Source of the DNA: Macrostomum lignano
Taxonomy: Eukaryota
NCBI GenBank assembly: GCA_002269645.1
Contig: NIVC01000481.1
Span: 248,001 to 312,000 of the forward strand
Length of the DNA stretch: 64,000 bases
Reading direction: 5' to 3'
Part shown: piece by piece, positions 30,953 through 60,993 of the stretch
Layout of the letters: each line of letters begins with the position of its first letter
Numbering within the stretch: position 1 is the stretch's first letter
Translations under genes and position numbers: made by a program
The notes under the pieces: model-generated
Databases searched by the model: none
Told to the model about the DNA's origin: nothing
Seen by the model: the letters and a program-made list of their open reading frames with translations, nothing else

Positions 30953-32249
30953 AGACAAGCTCCTTTCAGAGTAAAAGCTTTCCTCGTCAACCGGCAAGGT
31001 GTATGCCACTTTTTGTACTAAAAATATCCCAATCCATACCGTTTGCCCATGCAGCCCGCTTTTTAAAGAAAATCGTTTCTCAACTCAACTCAACGACTGG
31101 AAGCAAGTCATTGGCAAAGCACGAAGGGGGATTCTGGACAGGAGTGGGTTGGGGTCTGTTTGGGTGGGGTATCGGAGAAAGTGTGGATGGGGGGGGTACT
31201 TGTGACGCCAAAAGCTACCGTGCCAGACTCTCTCAGGACTACATGCCAGTTCTCCTGGGGGGGGGGGGGGGTTGTGTAGAAAAAATGGAAGAGGAAAAAA
31301 GAAATGGGATAAAAATCAAGCCGACAGTTGCCGGCCGATGTCTGGGGGGGGGTTGCATGCGGATATTATATAGTGCGCTTTCGCATACAGCCGCAACTGG
31401 GATTCTTCTCCCCTACCGTTAATTAACGCCTTGGGGAAATCTTTAAAGAAATCGATCCACGCTTTCCCATTGGCAGGAGAAGAAAAGGGGGAGTTGGGGA
31501 TTGGGTTGGGGGAGGGTCGCATTGTGCCCGACTGTTTTGGCTGCTCAACTCGCCTTCTTCGCTTACAACAAAAAAGCCCCCGTTAAAGAGAGCCATCAGA
31601 CTTTGCCCGCGGTGGGGGGTGGCTGACTGGGTTGTTGGGTAAGCGAAAATTCATTGAGCAATTTTTTTCATAGCTTTGCCACAGCGTTGGCGCGCTGGTG
31701 AACGGGAAATACGACTGCTAAACTACATGCTTTACCTTCTCTGTATGGGAGAAGAAGTGAGAGAAGAGGCGAGAGAGAGAGAGTCTGAATGAGCAGTTCA
31801 TCAAGTTAGTGGAGTTTTCAGAGGAATTTGACAAGCACGACAGGCGAAAGTGTTCCAGAGTGAGCTGCCTGCTCTGAGCTATTCTCATGTGAGGCTAAAA
31901 CTGAGATGAAAGCTTGCGCAGTGGCAAAAGACGCGAAAGATTATAATACTCGGGAGTATGAACCATTGAGGCCAATCTTCGTGCACGCACAAGCCCAAAC
32001 CGAATCGAACCGAATCGAACCAACGGCCGTGATGCCAGAGTCCTTTGTGCCAAAATGTGGGTCAGGAGTCGCCAAATATTGCGTCAAGAGCGCTAAAAAG
32101 GGTTGGCGCCTACTGTACTGTGCTGTATCAGTTTGAGACGCATCGCAGCAAGAGCCCACTCCACTCGCCGTTCTCAGGTCAACTCTCCGATCTTGAGCAG
32201 CAACGGCAGCAGCTGCAGCAGCTGGCGGCAGCGTACGATCCGGAGGAAC

Positions 32250-49804
<17,555 letters not shown>

Positions 49805-49919
49805 CCAACTGCCTGAGCTGCTCAAGCAGGGTTGCATTTCAAATTCTAACACTGATTAAACTGTAAACACTGCACTGCAATGACAGTTTTTATAGTGGAA
49901 AGCCTGTCTGTATGAGGAA

Positions 49920-50530
49920 GTCCCGTTTCTGAATTGACATCCAGTTTCAAAAAGAAATCCTGTTTCCATTGGGAAATCCCGTTTCTATAGGAAAACCCCG
50001 TTTCTATGGGAAAACCCCGTTTCTATAGGAAAACCCCGTTTCTATGGGAAAACCCCGTTTCTATAGGAAAACCCCGTTTCTATGGGAAAACCCCGTTTCT
50101 ATAGGAAACCCCCGTTTTTATTGGGAAGTCCCGTTTCTATAGGGAAATCCCGTTTCTAGAGGAAAAATCCAGTTTCTATAGGAAAATCCAGTTTCTATAG
50201 GGAAATCCCGTTTTATCCGGAAATCTCGTTTTATACGGAAATCCCAATGGGAAATCCTGTTTCTATTTGAAAATCCAGTGTCTATGCGAAAAAAACCGTT
50301 TCTATTGGGAATCCCGTTTCTATAGGAAAACCCCGTTTCTATTGGGAAATTCCGTTTCTATAAGAAAATCTCGTTTCTATAAGGAAATCCAGTTTCTATA
50401 GAAAGTTCCGTTTCTATAGGGAAACTCCGTTTGTTAGGAAAAGTCCTATCTCTTAAAAGGAAATCCGATTTGTAAGGAGAATCCCGTTTCTGAAGTGGGA
50501 GCACGAACACCCGTATCTAAGGGAAATCCC
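49920..50530. repeat. Diverged ~20-bp minisatellite (GGAAAACCCCGTTTCTATA)n
   Basis: Imperfect tandem copies just downstream of the protocadherin stop. Confidence 0.85.
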
Positions 50531-50929
50531 CATAAAAATAAAATATTCCTCGGCGAAAATACACGGTATCTAAATGTAAATCATAACGTAAGTAAAAATT
50601 TTAGTAAGATTTAATAGTATTTCTATGCAAGCATGGTAGCTTCTTAATGTACAGTCAGGATCATAACCTGAGCTGTCTCCACTGAAATTTTGTCTGAAAT
50701 GATGCAATTAATTTGTAATATTTTAATTCTTTGAGTTGAGACACATGATAAAGTATAACTATTCATTGCAAAGGTGTTTTAATTTGATAACGAACTATCG
50801 TGCATTCTAATCTTGCTTGTCAACGATGCGTTTCGCTGAACCTGCTACTAAAATACATCGGAAATAAGTAGTATTGAATGTTTATTTTCTATATTTCCGT
50901 CTGGAATAGCTTTAAGTTGGTTTTCCTAA

Positions 50930-51810
50930 CTCTCTCCTCTCCTCTCCTCTCCTCTCCTCTCCTCTCCTCTCTCCTCTCCTCTCCTCTCCTCTCCTCTCCT
51001 CTCCTCTCCTCTCCTCTCCTCTCCTCTCCTCTCCTCTCCTCTCCTCTCCTCTCCTCTCCTCTCCTCTCCTCTCCTCTCCTCTCCTCTCCTCTCCTCTCTC
51101 TCCTCTCCTCTCTCCTCTCCTCTCTCCTCTCCTCTCCTCTCCTCTCCTCTCCTCTCTCCTCTCCTCTCCTCTCCTCTCCTCTCCTCTCCTCTCCTCTCCT
51201 CTCTCTCCTCTCCTCTCCTCTCCTCTCCTCTCTCTCCTCTCCTCTCCTCTCTCCTCTCTCCTCTCTCTCCTCTCCTCTCCTCTCTCCTCTCCTCTCTCTC
51301 CTCTCCTCTCCTCTCTCCTCTCCTCTCCTCTCTCTCCTCTCCTCTCCTCTCTTCTCTCCTCTCCTCTCCTCTCTCCTCTCCTCTTCTCTCCTCTCCTCTC
51401 CTCTCTCCTCTTCCTCTCCTCTCCTCTCCCTCTCCTCTCCTCTTCTCTCCTCTCTCTCCTCTCCTCTCCTCTCTCCTCTCCTCTCCTCTCCTCTCCTCTC
51501 CTCTCCTCTCCTCTCTCCTCTCTCCTCTCCTCTCCTCTCTCCTCTCCTCTCCTCTCCTCTCCTCTCTCCTCTCCTCTCTCCTCTCCTCTCCTCTCTCCTC
51601 TCCTCTCCTCTCCTCTCCTCTCTCTCTCCTCTCCTCTCCTCTCCTCTCCTCTCCTCTCCTCTCCTCTCTCCTCTCCTCTCCTCTCCTCTCCTCTCCTCTC
51701 CTCTCCTCTCCTCTCCTCTCCTCTCTCTCTCCTCTCCTCTCCTCTCCTCTCCTCTCCTCTCCTCTCTCCTCTCCTCTCCTCTCTCTCTCTCTCCTCTCCT
51801 CTCCTCTCCT
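50930..51810. repeat. (CCTCT)n polypyrimidine microsatellite
   Basis: About 880 nt of C/T only. Confidence 0.96.
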
Positions 51811-52106
51811 CTATCCTATCCTCTTCTCTTTCCTATCTTTCTGGTTCTATTCCTGTTACTTCAAGACTCATTTAAACAACGATGCCACAAACTGAATGCC
51901 TTTTTTAATAAAAGCGTTTTTTTCTAGCCGTAGACTTTATCAACCTGCAATTTTTCATTCAAAAATGGCGAACATGAATGCGATAAGGAGGACTGAGCAC
52001 AGTCCACTTTTGACCCCCGTCCGCTGAGAGGCTACCGCATTCACTGACAGATAATAGGATCGTACCTTTAGAAAACTGAACCTTTTTAAAAATAGAATAG
52101 AATGCT

Positions 52107-52490
52107 TTGGCACCAGGGGCGCCAGCACCAGGGGCGCCAGCACCAGGGGCGCCAGCACCAGGGGCGCCAGCACCAGGGGCGCCAGCACCAGGGGCGCCAG
52201 CACCAGGGGCGCCAGCACCAGGGGCGCCAGCACCAGGGGCGCCAGCACCAGGGGCGCCAGCACCAGGGGCGCCAGCACCAGGGGCGCCAGCACCAGGGGC
52301 GCCAGCACCAGGGGCGCCAGCACCAGGGGCGCCAGCACCAGGGGCGCCAGCACCAGGGGCGCCAGCACCAGGGGCGCCAGCACCAGGGGCGCCAGCACCA
52401 GGGGCGCCAGCACCAGGGGCGCCAGCACCAGGGGCGCCAGCACCAGGGGCGCCAGCACCAGGGGCGCCAGCACCAGGGGCGCCAGCACCA
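52107..52490. repeat. 15-bp minisatellite (GCACCAGGGGCGCCA)n
   Basis: About 25 perfect copies. Confidence 0.97.
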
Positions 52491-53156
52491 CTCACTCTGG
52501 CTAAGGCCCCTATTTCTAGCCGAACTCAAACTTGCTTCTCATAGCTCGTATCTCAAAATGCAAAGCAGCCGTACAGATTGCAATTACGCAGTGAAACAAC
52601 TCAAATTACACACCAATAAAATACAGCAAGAAACACGGGGCCAACCTGTATGTCTGTAGCTAAACTCATGTACACTGTTTCCATCTCATAGGAAAGCTTG
52701 TGCCAAGGGAAACCACACAGCACATGCACATGTGGAGAGGGCAGGCAGGCAGGTTTGAGAAGCGGAGAGACAGAGAGCTCTGGCGGTACAGGAAGCAACT
52801 ATTTGCTGCATCAGTATCTGAACTCCTGCCTGCTCAGCTCCCAGAACCTGTTCTCTCTCCTCCTACTCCTTCTCTTTCTGCCTTCCCTTCAACCGAGAGC
52901 TTCGGTCTCGCATTTTCGGAGGCCCCCAGCGGGGGAGCAATAAAAAGAGAGAGAGGAGAAGAGAGGAGTAGCAAAGCCGCTTTAGTTGCCATTAGCAACA
53001 GATAGAAAATTCGTCTTATTTCTAGTTATATACGAGATATGGGCATAGCAATCTCGCGTGGCATTGATAGGGATATTTTGGTATAGCAGAAAGACCTACA
53101 CGGTGTTGCTTTATAGCAGTTTCGCACTTTTTCTTCTTGATCTTCTGCTTTTGCAG

Positions 53157-56100
53157 ATGGTTTCTCGGAAAGAATGGGACGATATGTTGTCAAAGAAGGT
53201 AAGATTTAAATAGTTCTGTTGCATGAATTAGACATTCAGATAATGCCTACTAATGTGTCACTCAGTCAGAGCTGCAAGGGCGCCCATCAAGAGACCAGGG
53301 GTGTCCGCCAAGAGACAGGGATATCCGCCAAGAGACCAGGGGTGTCCGCCAAGAGACCAGGGGTGTCCGCCAAGAGACAGGGGTGTCCGCCAAGAGACAG
53401 GGGTGTCCACCAAGAGATAGGGGTGTCCGCCAAGAGACAGGGGTGTCCACCAAGAGATAGGGGTGTCCGCCAAGAGACCAGGGGTGTCCGCCAAGAGACA
53501 GGGATATCCGCCAAGAGACAGGGGTGTCCGCCAAGAGACAGGGGTGTCCGCCAAGAGACAGGGGTGTCCACCAAGAGATAGGGGTGTCCGCCAAGAGACA
53601 GGGGCGTCCGCCAAGAGACAGGGGTGTCCACCAAGAGACAGGGGTGTCCGCCAAGAGACAGGGGTGTCCGCCAAGAGACCAGGGGTGTCCGCCAAGAGAC
53701 AGGGGTGTCCGCCAAGAGACAGGGGTGTCCGCCAAGAGACAGGGGTGTCCACCAAGAGATAGGGGTGTCCGCCAAGAGACAGGGGTGTCCACCAAGAGAT
53801 AGGGGTGTCCGCCAAGAGACCAGGGGTGTCCGCCAAGAGACAGGGATATCCGCCAAGAGACAGGGGTGTCCGCCAAGAGACAGGGGTGTCCGCCAAGAGA
53901 CAGGGGTGTCCACCAAGAGATAGGGGTGTCCGCCAAGAGACAGGGGCGTCCGCCAAGAGACAGGGGTGTCCATCAAGAGACAGGGTGTCCGTCAAGTGGC
54001 AGGGGTGTCCTCCAAGAGACAGGAGCGTCCGCCAAGAGACAGGGGTGTCCGCCAAGAGACAGGGGTGTCCACCAAGAGACAGGAGTGTCCACCAAGAGAT
54101 AGGGGTGTCCGCCAAGAGACAGGGGCGTCCGCCAAGAGACAGGGGTGTCCATCAAGAGACAGGGGTGTCCGTCAAGAGACGGGGATATCCGCCAAGAGAC
54201 AGGGGTGTCCGCCAAGAGACAGGGGTGTCCACCAAGAGACAGAGGTGTCCGTCAAGAGACAGGGGTGTCCAACAAGTGGCAGGGGTGTCCGTCAAGAGAC
54301 AGGGGTGTCCTCCAAGAGACAGGAGCGTCCGCCAAGAGACAGGGGTGTCCGCCAAGAGACAGGGGTGTCCGTCAAGAGACAGGGGTGTCCAACAAGTGGC
54401 AGGGGTGTCCTCCAAGAGACAGGAGCGTCCGCCAAGAGACAGGGGTGTCCACCAAGAGACAGGAGTGTCCACCAAGAGACAGGGGTGTCCATCAAGAGAC
54501 AGGGGTGTCCGTCAAGAGACAGGGGTGTCCTCCAAGAGACAGGAGCGTCCGCCAAGAGACAGGGGTGTCTGCCAAGAGACAGGGGTGTCCACCAAGAGAC
54601 AGGGGTGTCCGTCAAGAGACAGGGGTGTCCGCCAAGAGACAGGAGCGTCCGCCAAGAGACAGGGGTGTCCGCCAAGAGACAGGGGTGTCCACCAAGAGAC
54701 AGGGGTGTCCATCAAGAGACAGGGGTGTCCAACAAGTGGCAGGGGTGTCCGTCAACAGACAGGGGTGTCCAAAAAGTGGCAGGGGTGTCCGTCAAGAGAC
54801 AGGGGTGTCCTCCAAGAGACAGGAGCGTCCGCCAAGAGACAGGGGTGTCCGTCAAGAGACAGGGGTGTCCGTCAAGAGACAGGGATGTCACCAAGAGAGA
54901 GGGGTGTCCGTCAAGAGACGGGGTGTCCGTCAAGAAATATGGGTGTCCACCAATATGGGTATGAGACAGGGGCGTACAACAAGAGACAGGGATGTCACCA
55001 AGAGACAGGGGTGTCCGCCAAATGACAGGTGTGTCCACCAATAGACAGGGGTGTCTGCCAAGAGATAGGGCTGTCCGCCGAGAGACAGGAGTGTCCACCA
55101 AGAGACAGTAACGCCCACCAAGAGATAGGGGCGCCCATCAAGTCACCAAACATTGGTGCCCCTCAGGGTTGCGGTCCCCTCCATTTAAAATTCCTGTGTA
55201 CGCCCCTGCATTAGTGTGTCACCCTTGTTACGGCATCCAGCTTCTCAATAGTGCATAGCCAGTTGCTAAACTGAGGCCAAAGTACTAAACTTGTATAAAT
55301 ATGAGGCACATATCTGTCAGTAAGTGTTGGCCGTAGGGAAGGTGTGGGGAGGGTGAGGTGGGTGCAAACAGTCTACAGCACTCGGTTGCCAATAGTGACT
55401 GGGTTGAACGGCACAGTAAATAGAATGCAAATGAAAAGGCAGAGTGAAGAGGTGAGGAGAGAGGAGAGAGAGAGAGGAGGGTGGAGAGCAGAGATCTTGA
55501 GAGTGTGTGCTGCGGTGGGTTTTGGCTAAGAACGAGCTGAGCTCATTTTAGACTCGGCTGTGCGCCCATCTGAAGTGGCTGCCCCAATATTTGGTCTCTG
55601 TCTCTTGATGTCACCCTGCGCACGACTTCAACCTCTGCCCCCAACCTCTCCCCCTGACAGCACGCCATCTCACTCTCGCCTCTAAGCTTCAGGCCTCAAC
55701 AATTCCGTTAATAATAAGTCCTTTACCCAAGCTACCCCCTTCTCATCCCAGAGAAAGAAAAGTGTGAATTCCAGTGTGTATAAATTTATTAAAAATCTGT
55801 CCATGTCAGATCTGCATTTATTTTGCTACTAAAAGATTCAGATTAGATAGCTTAGATAGCGCAATTGGAGAGAAAAAATGGAAGTAGACATGATAGAAGA
55901 CAATGCAGAGCTGGAGCAGTTGTATAGCGAACTTGATGGAATTGACACATTCGCTGGCAGAGTGCAGCTGGTAAGTTGAGTTGATGTAACCGCCCTTGTC
56001 GCCTGTCCGCTCCGTAGAGAGACGAACGCATGACTAGAGGGGGCAATGACCGTAGGCTGCCTATGACCGGGCAATGACCTGACGGACCTCCAGCACCAGA

Positions 56101-59100
56101 CTGTCCCCCCCACATGATTAGTAGCTTTGGTAGCGCTTCGTGACCAGAGGGCCAAGGACCCACATGGACCCCACCTGTAGCCAAGGTGCAATAGTTGGTC
56201 ACTCGGTCATAGTATGACCGAGTGGCTGCCACCACTCTATGTGACCTGGCGCACCTGGATCTTTCTACCAGACCTCTCGAGGCTAGAGCCCCGCCTGGAT
56301 TGGTTACCAGGGGATTTAGGCTAACAGGGGAGACGCATGCAGCCGAGTACAGGGACTCTGCTTGGGGCATGATCGGGAACTCTGGGCTCAATCCTGGAGG
56401 ATTTCTCAGCAGGGGATCCTTTGTGGCTGTGAGCGAGGCTGACTTGCGACTTTGATTACTAAGAGTAGTATGAGGCGAACATGTACTGTCTACAGTTTAG
56501 ATTGCTCAGGGCGAAGGGACGCGTTAGCATGGGGTTGCAACCTTCCTACTGCCATGCTGTGCCAAGACTCGCTAATCCCTCTACTGCACGCACACGCGGC
56601 CCCGCAGCACGCCCTCACAGGCGGGCTTTGCACGGGGAGAGGCCATTAGCTTACCCAAACTTCCTTATGCTTTGCCACCCCGGGAGAAAGGCTTAGCAAG
56701 CCATGAGTGAAATGATGGTGAAAGATTGAATAATGATGAAGTTAGTTAATAGTTAATAATTAGGCCCTTAGGCAAATAAGCAGGCAATTAGGCGGCTTCA
56801 CTATTGAGTAAAATACAGCAAAAGATACGGTATCACAATTGGCTCAGCTCTCTAATCAGACAATGGAAAATAGGCAAACCCCGGATAAGCAAAGGCAATT
56901 AGAGCACAAATTAGTAGTAGGAACTTACCGGCAGCTGCACAGAGAGAGAGAGAGAGGCGGAGTGACCGAGGGCGGCTGTAGGCTGCAGTCAGGCAGACGG
57001 TGAAGCGGCGATGCGCTGGAGCGACGAGGCGCTGATGTAGATCAGGCGATGCTGATGATGCTGGGCGGTATCAGACCGCTGGCCGATAGGCGAGCTCACT
57101 TGGGGAGCTAAGGATAACTTGGCGGTAACAGACCGCGGACCGGCAGGGATTCGTCTTATAGACGAATGGGTCAGAGCTCAATCTGACAGCAAGTCCAAAG
57201 AAGGACGAGGAGAGGAACGGAGATAAACTCAGTTGAGTATTCTCATGCCGAAATCGCTTCCTTTTATAGACCTCACAGCCGCCTCCTCAAGGTCGTTACC
57301 ATGGCTCCCTCTCTCTGATTGGCTGCCGGCAGAATGACGTCAGAATGAGTCATGATGAGAAGCATGAGACCGGCATAGCAACATGAGAAATCGGGAAATT
57401 GCGCAATCCGGAGGTGGGGTGGGGGGATAATTGGCGCAGCGGGTGGTCGCGAAAGTGTTGCGCAAGCAAACATTGAGAACAATAGGGCTGGGGTCGAGAA
57501 CAAAGGAATTGGAAATCGGGGATAATTGGGGAAAACTGAGAACAATGGAAAAGTAAACATTGGAGAAAAGGTGATAATTAGGTGCGAAAACGAGAACAAA
57601 AGAAAGAGAAAATCGGAGAAAATGTGATAATTGGTGGGGGTCGAGAGAACAAAAGAAGCAAAAACGAGAACAATAGAAGCGGAGGTGGGGTGGGTGTCAC
57701 ATGAGAAATTTGGGAAGGAGAACAATAGCGTGAGAAAAGGTTGCGCAAGAGAGGGGGATGAGTCATCGATGAGTCACCGAGGGGGAGAAGGGGTCACACG
57801 ACTTGCTTCACCGTTTGGGAGTTTGAGAGGGGATGGGGAGACGGTGAGCACACAAAGTACTGTAAGTAGACACAGGGAAAGAGGGGACAGCGCAGGAAAA
57901 GAGTGCAGAGGGAGACAAAAAAAGGGAGGAGGTAGAGAAAGTACAGGAAGAATAGGGCGGGAACAGAAGAGATAGGGTAGAGGGGGAGGTACAGAAAGGG
58001 GTAGGGGCTCCGGAAAGGCAGGTGTGGCGGCAGGAGAGACGGGACCAAGGCAGCAGGAGGGGTGCAGCAGAGCGGGAGTCTCCAGGCCCGGTCGGAGACC
58101 TGGCCGAGTCTCGACAGCTCTGTGCAGAGGGTGCACGGGATAGGAGGCACTTTCGAAAAAGTTCCCATGCCCTATCCCGCGACCAGAGCGTGGTTACATC
58201 AGAGTCAAATCTGTGATCAGTCGACACTGACCAGTCTGTGTTACAGTGAACACTGTTCATTGTTGAAGACCCATCGATGCTACAGTGAGCACAGTTCGTT
58301 GTTGAAGACTCATTGATGCTACAGTGAGCACTGTTCGTTGTTGAAGACTCATTGATGCTACAGTGAGCACTGTTCGTTGTTGAAGACTCATTGATGCTAC
58401 AGTGAGCACTGTTGATTGTTGAAGACTCATTGATGCTACAGTGAGCACTGTTGATTGTTGAAGACTCATTGATGCTACAGTGAACACTGTTCATTGTTTA
58501 AGACCCATCGATGCTACAGTGAGCACTGTTCATTGCTTTCCAAGCTGCCAATGCCAATGCCTAAATCACCCACCAACCGTCATTGCAGCTGCTGGGCCAC
58601 GAGCTGACACCCAACGACAAAAACGCTCGCGACAACACTGACAAGCAGATCGAGGCCTTTGAAAAGCTGGTCAACCACGCCGTATCTCGCTTCTCAGTCG
58701 AACGAACCCGACGAATGCTGTCTCGTCTGGCCGATCCGCCCTTTCCATCGTCGCCAAAGAAGATCGACCCGCGACTGAGGGCGAGTCCCGAGACCCCGCG
58801 ACCTGCCGCTCAACAGCAGGCGCAACAGTCGCAGCAGCAGCACTCGACGTCGAATTTGGACTCTGTCCAACGACTCCGCGACTCTTTGATGCGTTTGAAA
58901 CGTCGCAGTCAGAAAAGCCAAAGCGAAACCGCCTTGGCCAATCAGGCTGAGACTTTCCTGCGTGACCTGCAGTACATGAGGCATTTGAAGCGCTACTTCG
59001 ACGAGAGAATCTACTCCACTCTGTACAGGTTTTATTACGATCCAAGCGACCTGCTTATTGACGAGGCCAACGACGATGGCGGCGATGGCAGCTCGGCGTT

Positions 59101-60929
59101 CTTTCTGACGCAACAGCAAATGAGAGACGATGACGAGGAGGACGAGGAGGCTGAGACTGATCAGAAGCAACAGTCGAATCGCGATAAGTAATTAAAAATC
59201 ATGATTCAATCTGCATGAGCGACCTGATTAAGATCACACCCCTCCATCCTTAGGCTACGACGTCCTCTGATCATCAGTAGACTAGCACACACCTCCATCC
59301 TTAGGCTACGACGTCCTCTGATCATCAGTAGACTAGCACACACCTCCATCTTTAGGCTACGACGTCCTCTGCTCATCAGTAGACTAGCACACACCTCCAT
59401 CCTTAGGCTACGACGTCCTCTGCTCATCAGTAGACTAGCACACACCTCCATCCTTAGGCTACGACGTCCTCTGCTCATCAGTAGACTAGCACACACCTCC
59501 ATCCTTAGGCTACGACGTCCTCTGCTCATCAGTAGACTAGCACACACCTCCATCCTAAGACTACGACATCCTCTGTCTAAGACACACATCAATCCTTGAC
59601 ACTAGGCTGACCGAAAGTACATACAGAATCAGATATATAGTAGACAATGCAATCCCATGCGGCTAGGGCTATTCACACTGACTTTTCAGACAAGCCGCCG
59701 GCTCGAACAGTCACAGAAAAGGAGCTGCAACTGCTGGCGGCAGCGGCTTCCGCTACGGACTCGACCTTGAGCAGCTCACAGACCGAGAGCAGCTGGCCTA
59801 CGCCGTCGAACAGCTGTACGACATCAACGCTCGCTGGGGCAGCATCGTCAACACGGAGGGCCCGATCGATCCAGCACTATTCGACGCCGACAGTGAGGTT
59901 GAAATGCGCGGCCTGCCGCCCTCCGATCCTGTTTACATCCTGCTCCGCGCCACCCCTGATCTGTTCGTGAAGTGTCAGAAAAGTCTGCAACTAGCACGCC
60001 TGTGGTGGCAGCAGGCCTCCAGAATCTACGGCGGCAGAGACGCTCCAGCGCCAATAGCCAACTATCGGGAGAAGATGACCGCCCTGATGCGGCACATCGA
60101 GCAGAAGGAGCGTGACATCCGACGCCAGGAGCACTCGGTCAATATTCACCAGGCCGATCTGCAGTTCCTGGAAGCGCGAGAGAAACGAGTAGCCGATATG
60201 TACGGAGACTCGGAGAGCCTTGAGAAGCACAAGAACGAGCTCGGCGAGCGGTACAAAGCCAAGATCGAGCAGCGCAAAGATCTGATGGAGCGCTTGGAGA
60301 ACACTATTAAAAACACGCAACGATATCGAGAACTAGAAGAGGAGCTCAAAGCGATGGAGCCCGTGATGATTGATCTGTATCGAGAGCTCAAACTGCTGGA
60401 GTACAGCTTAGACATCAAGCAGTCTCAGTTTAGCCTGGAACTGGAGGTTAAGTCCAGCTTTGTCATCTATTCGGAGACGAGTAGGGTGAATTTGGAGAAG
60501 GCTAATCAACTATTGACTAGGCTTCGAGCTGAGAAGCGCAAACTGGAGCGCCGGTACACCCTGATGAAGACCAATCAGGACCGGATGCACGAGATTCTGG
60601 GCCGGGTGCAGGGCCCGACGGAGCAGAGCCAACGGCCGGGCACGCACCAGACCTACACGATTCGGAGACTGACGCAGGACGAGGAGAAAGATCTCAGGAA
60701 CAGTCAGGAGACAAGCAAGGCCTACGTGGTCGCAACGCCGCCTCAGCAGCCTCAGCAACAGCAGCAGAAGCAGCAATCGAAGACGCAGCATGATAAGGAC
60801 GTCAATCCGTTTGCTGCAGGAAAAACTGTTCGACCCCGACGGAACAGAGGCAGCGGCGGCGGAGTCGACGGCAAACAGAATGGCGAAAGCGGAATGCCTA
60901 CTAGCAGTAGAGCTGTTGAATCTCACTGA
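53157..60929 (+). CDS. Uncharacterised soluble coiled-coil protein, ~663 aa, 4 exons
   Basis: Exons 53157-53198 (MVSRKEWDDMLSKK), 55860-55970, 58589-59187, 59690-60929; phases 0,0,2 consistent. Long open frames with an acidic stretch (DDDEEDEE) and a C-terminal heptad-rich region. No family recognised. The first two exons are less certain. Confidence 0.7.
53280..55210. repeat. 20-bp minisatellite (CCAAGAGACAGGGGTGTCCG)n ending in a MITE-like terminus
   Basis: About 90 copies to ~55140, then CCTGTGTACGCCCCTG (~55194-55209), whose reverse complement CAGGGGCGTACACAGG resembles the other TIRs in the window. Confidence 0.9.
55982..58201 (-). mobile_element. Solo-LTR-like element (2220 bp), probably from an LTR retrotransposon (Gypsy-like), inside intron 2 of the coiled-coil gene
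   Basis: Termini TGATGTAACC...GGTTACATCA form a 10-bp perfect inverted repeat with TG...CA ends; 4-bp TSD GAGT at 55978-55981 and 58202-58205. Internal minus-strand promoter motifs. No gag/pol ORF recognised. Confidence 0.7.
57262..57352 (-). promoter_or_regulatory. Pol II promoter cluster inside the LTR-like element (AP-1, CRE, CCAAT, TATA)
   Basis: TGAGTCA 57346-57352; TGACGTCA 57335-57342; ATTGG (CCAAT on minus) 57318-57322; TTTTATA (TATAAAA on minus) 57262-57268, in conventional order and spacing for minus-strand transcription. Confidence 0.6.
58240..58530. repeat. 39-bp minisatellite
   Basis: (GATGCTACAGTGAGCACTGTTCGTTGTTGAAGACTCATT), about 7 copies. Confidence 0.92.
59235..59585. repeat. 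51-bp minisatellite
   Basis: About 7 copies filling intron 59188-59689. Confidence 0.92.
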
Positions 60930-60993
60930 GCTTTAGTTAGACGTTGGTTGCAACTATGGCTTAGTACTGAGGAAGGTAGGACCTGGGCTAGTC

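Noticed and set aside
51955-52659. GAP/GAG collagen- or silk-like ORF
   Set aside because: Perfect 15-bp DNA repeats open in all frames with no codon degeneracy.
53219-55121. Numerous long Arg/Gly/Pro-rich ORFs
   Set aside because: 20-bp minisatellite inside intron 1 of the coiled-coil gene.
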